Source: an uncultured Muribaculaceae bacterium
GTDB taxonomy: Bacteria > Bacillota_I > Bacilli_A > RF39 > UBA660
Assembly (NCBI GenBank): GCA_964630365.1
Contig: CAZVUP010000003.1
Coordinates: forward strand, 98-64,097
Length of the DNA stretch: 64,000 nucleotides
Direction: 5' to 3'
The position numbers and the translations under genes are program-made. This document shows positions 29,001 through 37,076 of this stretch, piece by piece; within the stretch, counting starts at the first letter, position 1; every line of letters starts with the position of its first letter. The notes beneath the pieces were generated by a model. The model did no database searches, was not told the DNA's origin, and was given only the letters and a program-made list of their open reading frames with translations.

Positions 29001-29183
29001 AATATGTTTGCTGAATGGGATGCATATGGTGATTATTTAACGAATACAGGAGGTATGAACTGGAAACGTGAAGATTCTGCACTTGGTGTTAGACCAGTAA
29101 TATCTTTAGCGCCTAATGTTAGAATAGATAAAGGTGATGGAACAGTTAATAATCCTTATCAAATAGAAATGGAGGAAGATTAG
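26034..29183 (+). CDS. Secreted vWA-domain adhesin, paralogue 2
   Basis: AGGAGG SD. Collinear with paralogue 1: ILVLDTSVSMEG, FLTDGIPN, YEFKGWEL...FVMPEKDVEFMGTWSK, YWLLSP ... GVRPVISLAP ... GDGTVNNPYQIE. Confidence 0.8.
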   Translation: MKKKIVIILIAFLILGGFVAFLGISFAEKIPTSIPSIEIKSSNTNYDREEAGAWKVTKSAKWISRGKARITFDIDTIIKSNTDYKDFILVLDTSVSMEGNKVSQVKRDVTELINDLLADSENRIGLITFSTESNILSGLSNDVANLTDKVQSITAIGDTNYYKALVNVGEVLEESASDREAVVLFLTDGIPNLNTPNEIAQYRYLKDKYEYVTFTGIQYEMGDIISPALKRISDTQYISDMDTLHNVLFDAVKNHLNYDSFKITDYINSEYFTVTNDVTKTVGEVSINNNEVVWNIDNLISGKSDKETMTIDIELKDSYLDYGGSFPTNSSTKIESKIEDSIENVTTENSPELKNKYYVRYDVNTPSGCNINNIGAERIAVFSVFTTNDQEMNCPGYEFKGWELMTEEAGKINDNHFVMPEKDVEFMGTWSKLDIKKSADGVVSKVQTLYNIMKDQAVPDNIASTYVSSTNGIRFSSNASNTNGKGVYEVASTHNDEYPIYYYRGDIDNNNVLFADMCFKAVISTSTGGVKLIYNGLPSSTGNCDNTGTNSQIGTKAFNTNWSSPGDGGYMYGERYPYSRKAISSDWKVYVNKTTTNKNVYESKDVATTIYYYGDMVTWDNARNEYVLSNSDNSELSLLTWESNYNDLIGEYTCFSSSGSSCESVNYIGGGTASTAYYIALSNGNNIDKYRYVSNDISYNSETGMYTLNNPVNVASTWYKNYNSYKGYYFCNDLNSTVCSTVYYVDNANNIVYNYYFKAVSMSNGETYDSLYQQALSVKWLFGNHTDENGVLQDTIEISPLTYNSQGKNEISRNHYTCFTTGDTCSGDKVYYDYLYYNGYTYYISLPKGKSVETALSEMLDYNTYSSTIKGSKNTVGTVDWWYYNNIELKEYGNYIEDTIYCNDRSLAYSNYGVWNPNGGNGLLRFAASYRTSNPTIICPRDTDKFTVSDTIGNGALDYPVGLLTDDELRFAGLNTYLKTGSNYWLLSPNMFAEWDAYGDYLTNTGGMNWKREDSALGVRPVISLAPNVRIDKGDGTVNNPYQIEMEED

Positions 29184-29184
29184 T

Positions 29185-31272
29185 ATGAGAAAAAAGAGTA
29201 TAAAGAAAATACCTATAGGAATGATAGTACTAGGGGTATTTGTTATTGGAATTATAATTTATAAGTTATCTTCTTCTTATTCATTACTTGAAAATGGAGA
29301 GCGTGTTAAACCTAATAGTGAATTAACTTATTATATTGATGTTATATATGATGGTAAGGATGAGGATGTTATTACGTCAAATGACAGTACTACTGCGAAA
29401 GTATATAGTGATTATATTTATGTAGAAGATAAACTACCTGAAGGCCTTACTTTTGTTAGATTTATTACAGCCGATGATGGAACAGTAGGTGCGAAAAGAA
29501 GAAATAGTGAGGCAAGTTGCCCTGGTCATGTTGTTGGTGATGCTGCCGGTTTGCATTATGATTCTGTGACAAATACAGTGTCATTTAAAGTAAAAAGTTT
29601 ACAAGCTGGTTGTAAATTGACAGTTGGAGTTGTCACAAAGACTCCGGAACTAGGAGATGCTAAACGTAAAGATTTTTATAATACGGCTAGCGCTAGAGAA
29701 AATGAATTATCATTATTTTCTAATACTGTGCATGTTTTTATGGGTAAAGAAGATATGGATAAGTATGAAGTTGAATATCAATATAGTGGAACTGTTCCTG
29801 AAAATGCTCCTGATCTACCTATAACAAATAATTACATTAGTGGGGCTACAGTAGGTGTTGCATCTAACGTTAATCTTAGTGGTTATACATTTAGTGGTTG
29901 GTCTACTACTGATGTAGAAGTTAATAATGGGATATTTACTATGCCGGAGGGAAAAGTTACTTTTACTGGAAGTTTTACAGAAAATCCTAAATATAATGTT
30001 TCTTATCAAATAAATGGAGAAGCACCTGTTGGATATGTTGCCCCTGATACTAAAAGTTATAATGTTGGAGATGATGTTATAATTGATAGTTTAGTTACAG
30101 GAGAATTAGTTAATGGATATAGATTCTTAGGTTGGACAATTGATAAAAATATTGATATTAGTGATGGTATATTTGTAATGCCAAGTTCTAATGTTAAATT
30201 AACTGGAAGTTTTGAAAAGGTTACTTATACGGTATCTTACGAATTCCAAGGAAATGTTTTACCTCCTAATGCAGCTAGTTTATTACCTGATACTGCAGAA
30301 TATTCAGGAGGTGAAATAGTTACTTTGGCTGATAATCCTGAGGTTGATGGTTATAATTTCTTGGGATGGTATGCGAATGATACTTTTGAAATGCCAGAGA
30401 GAAATTTAACAATTTATGGTGAATGGGAAAGAAGAGCAGGGGAATTTGTGCCTAGTATTGAATCGACTGTTGTTAATCAAAAAGATTATTATAAAGAGTC
30501 TGATAATATTGATATAAAAGTAACTATAACCAATAATAATGATTTTCCACTTGAAGATGTTATCATAACTAATGATGGTAAAATAATTGAATTTACTGAA
30601 AATTCTAATTGTGATATTAAATCTAATGATTATGTTGTTATAAATACAATACCAGCTAATAGTAGTGTTGATTTATATGCAAAAGTTCCTGCTGGTGATG
30701 CTGAACTTCAAGATTATAATTATAATTTTGAGCTTGTAGGAGCAATTACGGATAATAATTATTCTCTAGATACAAGTCGTGAATATAAATCATCTGTTCA
30801 GTTTAGAGTTGCTAATATAAAACTTAATGTTAAAGGTGTAAATCCTCGTCACGAAGATTTGGCTGGTGTTAAGTATGGATTATATAATGATGCTAATTGT
30901 ACGTCTTTGGTTTCTGAAGGTGTTATGTTTGATATTAAACCTAATAATACATATTATGTAAAAGAAATAACTGGTCCTAGTGATAATCAATTTGAAAAAT
31001 ATAATGATATTATTAAGATAGTTGTTAATGAAGAAGGAAGAATTGAAAATGCTGAATATGTTGAGGGAGTTAATACTATAGAGGTTATTCATCATAAAAA
31101 AGAAGAGACGGTTATAGATAAAGTAGAAGATACAATTTATAATGTGGTTAATAATCCATATACTAAGACAGAAGGTTTTAAAAAGACTAAAAATGTAGGA
31201 ATTTATTTCTTGCTTATAAGTATTATTTCAGCTTTAGGAATTATAGGGTTGAAATTTAGAAAGAATCAATAA
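29185..31272 (+). CDS. Surface protein with three Listeria-Bacteroides-type repeats, a Cna-B/SpaA-like domain and a C-terminal membrane anchor
   Basis: YTFSGWST...FTMPEGKVTFTGSF, YRFLGWTI...FVMPSSNVKLTGSF, YNFLGWYAN..FEMPERNLTIYGEW. LAGVKYGLYNDANCT...YYVKEITGPSD. C-terminal VGIYFLLISIISALGIIGLKFRKNQ. Confidence 0.75.
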   Translation: MRKKSIKKIPIGMIVLGVFVIGIIIYKLSSSYSLLENGERVKPNSELTYYIDVIYDGKDEDVITSNDSTTAKVYSDYIYVEDKLPEGLTFVRFITADDGTVGAKRRNSEASCPGHVVGDAAGLHYDSVTNTVSFKVKSLQAGCKLTVGVVTKTPELGDAKRKDFYNTASARENELSLFSNTVHVFMGKEDMDKYEVEYQYSGTVPENAPDLPITNNYISGATVGVASNVNLSGYTFSGWSTTDVEVNNGIFTMPEGKVTFTGSFTENPKYNVSYQINGEAPVGYVAPDTKSYNVGDDVIIDSLVTGELVNGYRFLGWTIDKNIDISDGIFVMPSSNVKLTGSFEKVTYTVSYEFQGNVLPPNAASLLPDTAEYSGGEIVTLADNPEVDGYNFLGWYANDTFEMPERNLTIYGEWERRAGEFVPSIESTVVNQKDYYKESDNIDIKVTITNNNDFPLEDVIITNDGKIIEFTENSNCDIKSNDYVVINTIPANSSVDLYAKVPAGDAELQDYNYNFELVGAITDNNYSLDTSREYKSSVQFRVANIKLNVKGVNPRHEDLAGVKYGLYNDANCTSLVSEGVMFDIKPNNTYYVKEITGPSDNQFEKYNDIIKIVVNEEGRIENAEYVEGVNTIEVIHHKKEETVIDKVEDTIYNVVNNPYTKTEGFKKTKNVGIYFLLISIISALGIIGLKFRKNQ

Positions 31273-31273
31273 A

Positions 31274-31296
31274 AGTAGGAGAAATCCTACTTTTTT
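31274..31296 (+). terminator. Rho-independent terminator (copy of the one at 22753)
   Basis: AGTAGGA-gaaa-TCCTACT plus T6. Confidence 0.75.
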
Positions 31297-31345
31297 GTTG
31301 GATAAATATTTTTTTCTTTTGAATAATAAATTGAGGAGAGAAGAT

Positions 31346-32242
31346 ATGAATTACTATGATGAGATAAAAGAAAAATTAATTGATAGTGAAATATATTCAA
31401 AAGTAAAAGATTATTCTAAAGAAAGAAATAGGGTTATTACATACTTTGAAATAGGAAGATTATTAAATGAAGCTGGTGGAAAATATGGAGATAATATAAT
31501 AGGGGAATATTCTAAAAAGTTGGTTGTTGAAGTTGGTAAAAAATATAATCGAAGTACGTTGTTTAGAATGAGGCAATTTTATAATATATTTAGTAATGAA
31601 AAAGTCGCACCATTGGTGCAACAATTAAGTTGGAGCCATTGCCTAATTCTTTTACCAATCAAAGATATTAATAAGATTAACTATTATATTGAACAAGTAT
31701 TAAGTAGAAATCTTTCTAAAAGACAATTAGAAGATATAGTTAAAAATAGAGAGTATGAAAGATTGCCTAATAAAACTAAGGATAAATTAATATCTAAAGA
31801 AAAAATTGAAGTAAAAGATTTAGTTCCAAATCCTATTATAATAAAAAATAAGAATAACGTGGTAATAATAACAGAAAAAGTATTACATCAATTAATATTA
31901 GAAGATATTGAATCATTTATGAGGGAACTTGGTGATTCATTTAGTTTTATAGGTAGTGAATATAAGATTAAAATTGGTGATAGGTATAATTATATTGACT
32001 TATTACTATTTAATTATAAGTTTAATTGTTTTGTAGTAATAGAACTTAAAGTGACTGAGCTTAGGAAAGAACATTTGGGTCAGATACAAATATATATGAA
32101 TTATATAGATGAAAATTTAAGGAATATTAATCAAGATAAGACTATAGGTATAATTATTTGTAAATATGATAATAAGTATGTAATAAAATATTGTTCTGAT
32201 CCAAGGATCATGGTAAGAGAATATTTTTTATATAAAATATAA
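31346..32242 (+). CDS. DUF1016/YhcG-family PD-(D/E)xK nuclease-like protein
   Basis: GAGGAG SD. LSWSHCLILL in the N-domain. C-terminal YNYIDLLLFNYKFNCFVVIELKV carries the D...ExK core. Confidence 0.7.
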   Translation: MNYYDEIKEKLIDSEIYSKVKDYSKERNRVITYFEIGRLLNEAGGKYGDNIIGEYSKKLVVEVGKKYNRSTLFRMRQFYNIFSNEKVAPLVQQLSWSHCLILLPIKDINKINYYIEQVLSRNLSKRQLEDIVKNREYERLPNKTKDKLISKEKIEVKDLVPNPIIIKNKNNVVIITEKVLHQLILEDIESFMRELGDSFSFIGSEYKIKIGDRYNYIDLLLFNYKFNCFVVIELKVTELRKEHLGQIQIYMNYIDENLRNINQDKTIGIIICKYDNKYVIKYCSDPRIMVREYFLYKI

Positions 32243-32268
32243 ACATATGAAGTGTTTATTTTCTTTTG
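32239..32268 (+). terminator. Rho-independent terminator
   Basis: ATAAACA-tatgaag-TGTTTAT followed by TTTCTTTT; overlaps the stop codon. Confidence 0.6.
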
Positions 32269-32274
32269 TTTATT

Positions 32275-32283
32275 TGTTATAAT
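32275..32283 (+). promoter_or_regulatory. Extended -10 promoter element
   Basis: TGtTATAAT, 19 nt upstream of ATG 32302 (leader very short) with TAGGAG SD in between. Confidence 0.4.
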
Positions 32284-32301
32284 TATAGAGTAGGAGTAGA
32301 T

Positions 32302-32910
32302 ATGAAAGATAATAAGAAATTTACAATTATTTTTATTGTTTTATTGATTGTTTGTTTTCTATATTTAGGGGCTAGTAGTACTTATACGGCTTATGAATCT
32401 TTAGTAGATGGTAATGTTAAAACTCCAACTGCTAAATTTAAATTATATATTAATGGGATTAGTGTTACTGGTGATGGAACATTATCTGATCAAATAATAG
32501 TAGATAATGTTACTTGGACTTCTACCCATACTAGGGATGAAAAAATATCTCCTGGTAGTTATGGAACTGTTTATTTAGAGCTTGATCCAACACAATCTGA
32601 TGTAGCAGTAATGTATAGTTTTCAATTTATTGATAAAAGAATTGATGATGATAAAGTTTTAACTTTTAATAATATTACTGCAGATAGTAGTATTGTTAGA
32701 ACGGCAAAAGATACATATAGTGGGATTGTTACTTTAGATGATATTAATGATGGTAAAAAGATTAATATAAGTGCTGATTTTATATTTGATTATTTAAATG
32801 ATATTGTGATAACTGATGACTATGAAGCTCCTTCTTTTGAAGATTTATTTGAAATACATTTTCATGCAGTTCAATATAGAGGAGAAGAATTAGTTCCTTA
32901 TACGGAGTGA
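32302..32910 (+). CDS. Small TasA/camelysin-like protein with SipW-type signal peptide
   Basis: KKFTIIFIVLLIVCFLYLGASSTYTAYESL. C-terminal strand FEIHFHAVQY. Confidence 0.6.
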   Translation: MKDNKKFTIIFIVLLIVCFLYLGASSTYTAYESLVDGNVKTPTAKFKLYINGISVTGDGTLSDQIIVDNVTWTSTHTRDEKISPGSYGTVYLELDPTQSDVAVMYSFQFIDKRIDDDKVLTFNNITADSSIVRTAKDTYSGIVTLDDINDGKKINISADFIFDYLNDIVITDDYEAPSFEDLFEIHFHAVQYRGEELVPYTE

Positions 32911-32913
32911 TTT

Positions 32914-33516
32914 ATGAAAAATATGAGTATTAAAAATATTTCTTATTTTGATGAGAAAAGAAGATTTCTCATTTTTGGTGCTGGATTATTTTTAATGCTT
33001 GTTTTAGCAGTTTATTTACTTAAGATTGCTTATGCTAGGTATGAAGTTCAAGCTAGTATTTATTCGGATATCGATCAGGCATTATATGTTTTTGAGGCAG
33101 GAGATATGAGTTTTAATTTAGATCCTGAAGGTATTGTTCCTAAGAATGGTAAGTATGTTTATAAATTTTCAGTAGCTAATTTTAATGAGAGTAAAATAAG
33201 TGATGTAGATCTTATTTATAATTTGAAAGTTATTACTACTACTAATTTACCTATTACTTGTGAAATTTATCGTAATAGTCCTGATATTAGTACTGGTACT
33301 AATTTAATTCAAGGATCTAGAGTTGTTACTGATGAAGATGGAGCTTGGTATAAGATATATAATGTTGATGGTACTTATGAACTTGATTATAGTGATAAAA
33401 CTACGGATGTTTATTCATTAGTTATAGATTTTCCTCTTAATTATGCTAATGACACTACTTACGCTAATAGTATTGAAAGTATTGAGATAAATCTACATTC
33501 AGAGCAGATGATATAG
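32914..33516 (+). CDS. Small TasA/camelysin-like protein with SipW-type signal peptide
   Basis: RRFLIFGAGLFLMLVLAVYLLKIAYARYEVQ. C-terminal SIEINLHSEQ. Confidence 0.55.
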   Translation: MKNMSIKNISYFDEKRRFLIFGAGLFLMLVLAVYLLKIAYARYEVQASIYSDIDQALYVFEAGDMSFNLDPEGIVPKNGKYVYKFSVANFNESKISDVDLIYNLKVITTTNLPITCEIYRNSPDISTGTNLIQGSRVVTDEDGAWYKIYNVDGTYELDYSDKTTDVYSLVIDFPLNYANDTTYANSIESIEINLHSEQMI

Positions 33517-33524
33517 GAGGGGTT

Positions 33525-34457
33525 ATGAAGTATATTAGAGAACATAAAATTATTAGTATATCTATTCTCTCTGTCTTAGTAGTTATTTTATTAATAGAAT
33601 ATACTTTTGGTAGATATATTAAAAATATTGTTAATAATTATATATTGGAAACTAAAGCTTTTTATTTTAATAGTAGTATTTTAAAAGTTAATGATAAAAA
33701 GATGTCTATTAGTAACTGGGATGGAGTTAATTCATATACACTTACAATTGATTTAAATAATAGGAAGAATTCTACGCGTTATACAACATCTGATATTAGT
33801 TATAGTATTGATGTGGAGTGTTCTAGTGATGTTATTTGTACATTGAATAAGGATAGTGGTGTTATTAGACCAGAAGATGGTACTGATACTTATCAGATTA
33901 CAGTTACACCACAAAGAAACTTTTATGAAGGAGATAGTGTTGTTGTAAAGACATCTGTTACTTCATCAGCTCCATATAGGAAGAGTATGAGTGCTACTTA
34001 TACTATTGAAGTTTTAAATAGTGATTTTTCTTATAATATTAAAGATAGTGCTGGTGCTAAATATATGACTATTAACTTTATAAATTCGATTGCTTATTAT
34101 GAAGTTAGTGAGGCTTTTGGAAGTTATAGTGTAGGAGATCATATTAGTTTAGCAGATTATGGAGAACTAAGTGCTAGTGATAAAGACAAGTGCTTTTCAG
34201 CAATTGTAACAGTAGAATATGATCCTCATGATTTATTAGTTGATATGACAAATGACTTATATATACATAGACTTAGTAGTAATTATGAAACTGAAGAGAT
34301 AAATAATTATACGTATGTTAAGAAGTTTTCTTTTAAAGTTAATCCTAGTTCTAGTAGTTCAATTATCTTTTATAAAGATGATATGAGCCAGGATTATACA
34401 TACCCAGTTGTTAATAATAATTCTATTATTAATGTTACTGTTCAGAAAGCCAGTTAA
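33525..34457 (+). CDS. TasA/camelysin-like protein with SipW-type signal peptide
   Basis: AGGAGG SD. HKIISISILSVLVVILLIEYTFGRYIKN. C-terminal SIINVTVQKAS. Confidence 0.5.
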   Translation: MKYIREHKIISISILSVLVVILLIEYTFGRYIKNIVNNYILETKAFYFNSSILKVNDKKMSISNWDGVNSYTLTIDLNNRKNSTRYTTSDISYSIDVECSSDVICTLNKDSGVIRPEDGTDTYQITVTPQRNFYEGDSVVVKTSVTSSAPYRKSMSATYTIEVLNSDFSYNIKDSAGAKYMTINFINSIAYYEVSEAFGSYSVGDHISLADYGELSASDKDKCFSAIVTVEYDPHDLLVDMTNDLYIHRLSSNYETEEINNYTYVKKFSFKVNPSSSSSIIFYKDDMSQDYTYPVVNNNSIINVTVQKAS

Positions 34458-34489
34458 TATGATATAATTTGATGTAAGGTAGTGATTTC

Positions 34490-35536
34490 ATGGATAACTT
34501 AATAACAATTTATATGAATTATAAAGTAGATAGACTTGTTGAATATGGTGCTTTAATTTATGAAGACTCTAAGTTTATTCGTGAAGTCTTTAAAGGTTAT
34601 TTTGATACTTATATTGACAATTATTATTATGGTATTTTTAATACAGTTGATACTGATACTTATAGTTTAGAAACATTACAAGTTGAACTTAATGGAATAA
34701 TGTCAGATATTATGGATGATTATCGAGGTTATGAATTAAGAGTTAGTAATGAAGAATTTGCGAAAAATATGAAAATTATTAGAGATCTTCGTGATGTTTC
34801 TTTCGAAATAATTAAATTAGATAATTTAAGTGGTACAGATAGAGAAGAACTTGAGGGAGAAGTTTCAAAAATAATTACAGAAAGTTCTATTCTTAGTGAT
34901 TTGATAGGTAATAGGATGAGTAAATTAGTAACTCTTGTTCGAGAAACTAATACTAATTCTAGTAAGTTATTAAATTATGAAGATGAATTTTATTCATTAG
35001 AAAAAAAGAAATTTGTTAATAGTGAGATAGAATTTATTTCTTTAAAGTGGGATATTAGAATTTTAAATAATTATAAGAAAGCAATGATTAATAGAATTTT
35101 TGGTGATAAGAAATTTGAAGTTAAAAAGCTTAAATGTTTAATTCAAAAGGTATCATTATATATACTTAAAAAAGTTTTAAATAAGGAAGATGTTAAACCA
35201 ATATTTATAGATTTATATGATAGTAGTATAGTACGGGGAATTATAAGTCGAGAAATATACTTATTACTTGATAATCCTTTGTTTCGTAAATATGTAATAA
35301 TGGGTGTTAATTATAATAATTATTTAATACATAAAGAAGCTTTTTCTGAAGATTTTCAGTTTGCATGTAGGCAGGATTTTTCGCATATTAATGATATTTA
35401 TAAAAAGGTTGATGACATTTATAAGGAAGGAATTTTTAATTATTTATTAGTTTCTAAATGTCGAGATACTGATTTAGATTATTTTACTAGTTATGAAGCT
35501 GATGGATTAGAGGTATTGATTTTAGAGGAGGAGTAG
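34490..35536 (+). CDS. Hypothetical cytoplasmic protein (first gene of the three-gene insert preceding sipW)
   Basis: No TM or signal peptide and no motif recognised. Its stop is 1 nt before the next start. Confidence 0.6.
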   Translation: MDNLITIYMNYKVDRLVEYGALIYEDSKFIREVFKGYFDTYIDNYYYGIFNTVDTDTYSLETLQVELNGIMSDIMDDYRGYELRVSNEEFAKNMKIIRDLRDVSFEIIKLDNLSGTDREELEGEVSKIITESSILSDLIGNRMSKLVTLVRETNTNSSKLLNYEDEFYSLEKKKFVNSEIEFISLKWDIRILNNYKKAMINRIFGDKKFEVKKLKCLIQKVSLYILKKVLNKEDVKPIFIDLYDSSIVRGIISREIYLLLDNPLFRKYVIMGVNYNNYLIHKEAFSEDFQFACRQDFSHINDIYKKVDDIYKEGIFNYLLVSKCRDTDLDYFTSYEADGLEVLILEEE

Positions 35537-35537
35537 G

Positions 35538-37064
35538 ATGGATACATTTATAAGATTTTTATTTGAGTTTATGTCTGTATTCTTTAAAGGTATTGGTCTT
35601 ATACTTGGTGGATTTGTTAAAGGTATTGTGCAAATGTTCAATATTAGTGAATATTTGTATACTATTGAATTCTATCGTAAGGATTTTTCGGGCGGAGAAT
35701 GGGTTTTAGTAATTCTAGCGATACTAGTAATATTAGTTCTTCTTGGATTAATAGTATTATTAGTTGTTTTCTTAGTTAAAAAATATCTTAAATTTAGAAA
35801 GACATTAGTTGAACAAGAATCACTATTAGAAGAAGTTGGAGAGTTAAACCGTGAAGTTGCTTCTTTGGTACAAGAAAAAGAGAAAATTTTGGCAATGAAA
35901 GTATCACAACTTGGATTAAAGCCAGGAGAAGAGGATACTGTTGAAGAGGCTGATGTTAAGGATGAAGAAGTATTAGAAGAAGGTGACTTTAGATTTTCTA
36001 AGTTACATGCAATTGATTTAGAGTTTAAAGATTATAAAGTTCAACAATATAATAATACTTTTACTTTAGAGGAGTTAGTTGAATTATTTAGAAATTTTGC
36101 AGCTTCTAAATTAAAACTTTATTATACGACTAATATGATTAGATTGTTTATTTCGGGATTGTCTGCAACAAAACTAGTTATTTTACAAGGTATTTCTGGT
36201 ACTGGTAAAACTTCACTTGCTTATGCTTGGGGTAAATTTATAAAGAATGATGCGATTATTGCATCTGTTCAACCATCTTGGAGAGATCGTACAGAATTAT
36301 TTGGTTACTTTAACGAGTTTACAAAAAAGTTTAATGAAACTGAAGTGTTAAAGGGAATGTATTTAGCTGGTTATACTGATGATGTTTATGTTACTGTACT
36401 AGATGAAATGAACATTGCGCGTGTTGAGTATTATTTTGCGGAAATGTTATCTATCCTTGAAATGCCATCAAGAGATGAATGGATTATTGAACTTGTACCT
36501 AGTACTTGGGAAAGTGATCCTGTTAGATTAGAGTCAGGTAAGTTAAAAATACCTGGAAATATGTGGTATATCGGAACAATCAATAATGATGACTCGACAT
36601 TTGCAGTTACTGATAAAGTATATGACCGTGCTATGCCAATAGATATTAATGATAAAGGTCAAGTATTTGAACCAATTGATACAGAAGCAATGAATATTAA
36701 TAGTTCATATTTAGAAGGATTGTTTGCTGAAGCTAAGAGTAAATATCCATTGACTGAAGCAATGGAAAGTAAAATTAATGAGATGGATGACTATGTAATT
36801 AAACATTTCAGAATTGCTTTTGGTAACCGTATTGTTAAACAGATGCGAGACTTTGTCGCAACATATGTTGCTTGTGGTGGTACAGAAGTCGATGGTGTTG
36901 ATTATTATATTGCAAGAAAAATTTTAAGAAAGTTTGAACAATTAAACTTAGCTTATATTCGTGATGAAATTGATCCATTTATTGAGTTCTTAGATAAAAG
37001 CTTTGGAAAAGAAAACTTTAATGAGTGTAAAGAATATTTATTAAGACTTAAGAAGATGGTTTAG
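35538..37064 (+). CDS. Membrane-tethered McrB-family AAA+ NTPase (probable GTPase)
   Basis: Two N-terminal hydrophobic segments (second is EWVLVILAILVILVLLGLIVLLVVFLV) and a coiled-coil-like linker. Walker A GISGTGKTS. Walker B VTVLDEMNIARVEYYFAEMLSILE. IPGNMWYIGTINNDDSTFAVTDKVYDRA parallels McrB IPENVYIIGLMNTADRS..RRRF. Confidence 0.75.
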   Translation: MDTFIRFLFEFMSVFFKGIGLILGGFVKGIVQMFNISEYLYTIEFYRKDFSGGEWVLVILAILVILVLLGLIVLLVVFLVKKYLKFRKTLVEQESLLEEVGELNREVASLVQEKEKILAMKVSQLGLKPGEEDTVEEADVKDEEVLEEGDFRFSKLHAIDLEFKDYKVQQYNNTFTLEELVELFRNFAASKLKLYYTTNMIRLFISGLSATKLVILQGISGTGKTSLAYAWGKFIKNDAIIASVQPSWRDRTELFGYFNEFTKKFNETEVLKGMYLAGYTDDVYVTVLDEMNIARVEYYFAEMLSILEMPSRDEWIIELVPSTWESDPVRLESGKLKIPGNMWYIGTINNDDSTFAVTDKVYDRAMPIDINDKGQVFEPIDTEAMNINSSYLEGLFAEAKSKYPLTEAMESKINEMDDYVIKHFRIAFGNRIVKQMRDFVATYVACGGTEVDGVDYYIARKILRKFEQLNLAYIRDEIDPFIEFLDKSFGKENFNECKEYLLRLKKMV

Positions 37065-37076
37065 TAGGAGGCATTT

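Noticed and set aside
24396-31095. ORFs 24396-24584(-), 28459-28641(+), 29815-30009(-) and 30880-31095(-)
   Set aside because: All lie inside or out of frame with the vWA and repeat-protein genes. They are short, with biased composition.
35538-37064. Interpretation of the AAA+ protein as a MoxR-type chaperone partnering the vWA adhesins
   Set aside because: The motifs match McrB (DEMN..YF.E..S.LE, NxxD), not MoxR. The vWA proteins have export signals, so they would not meet a cytoplasmic ATPase domain in the folded state.
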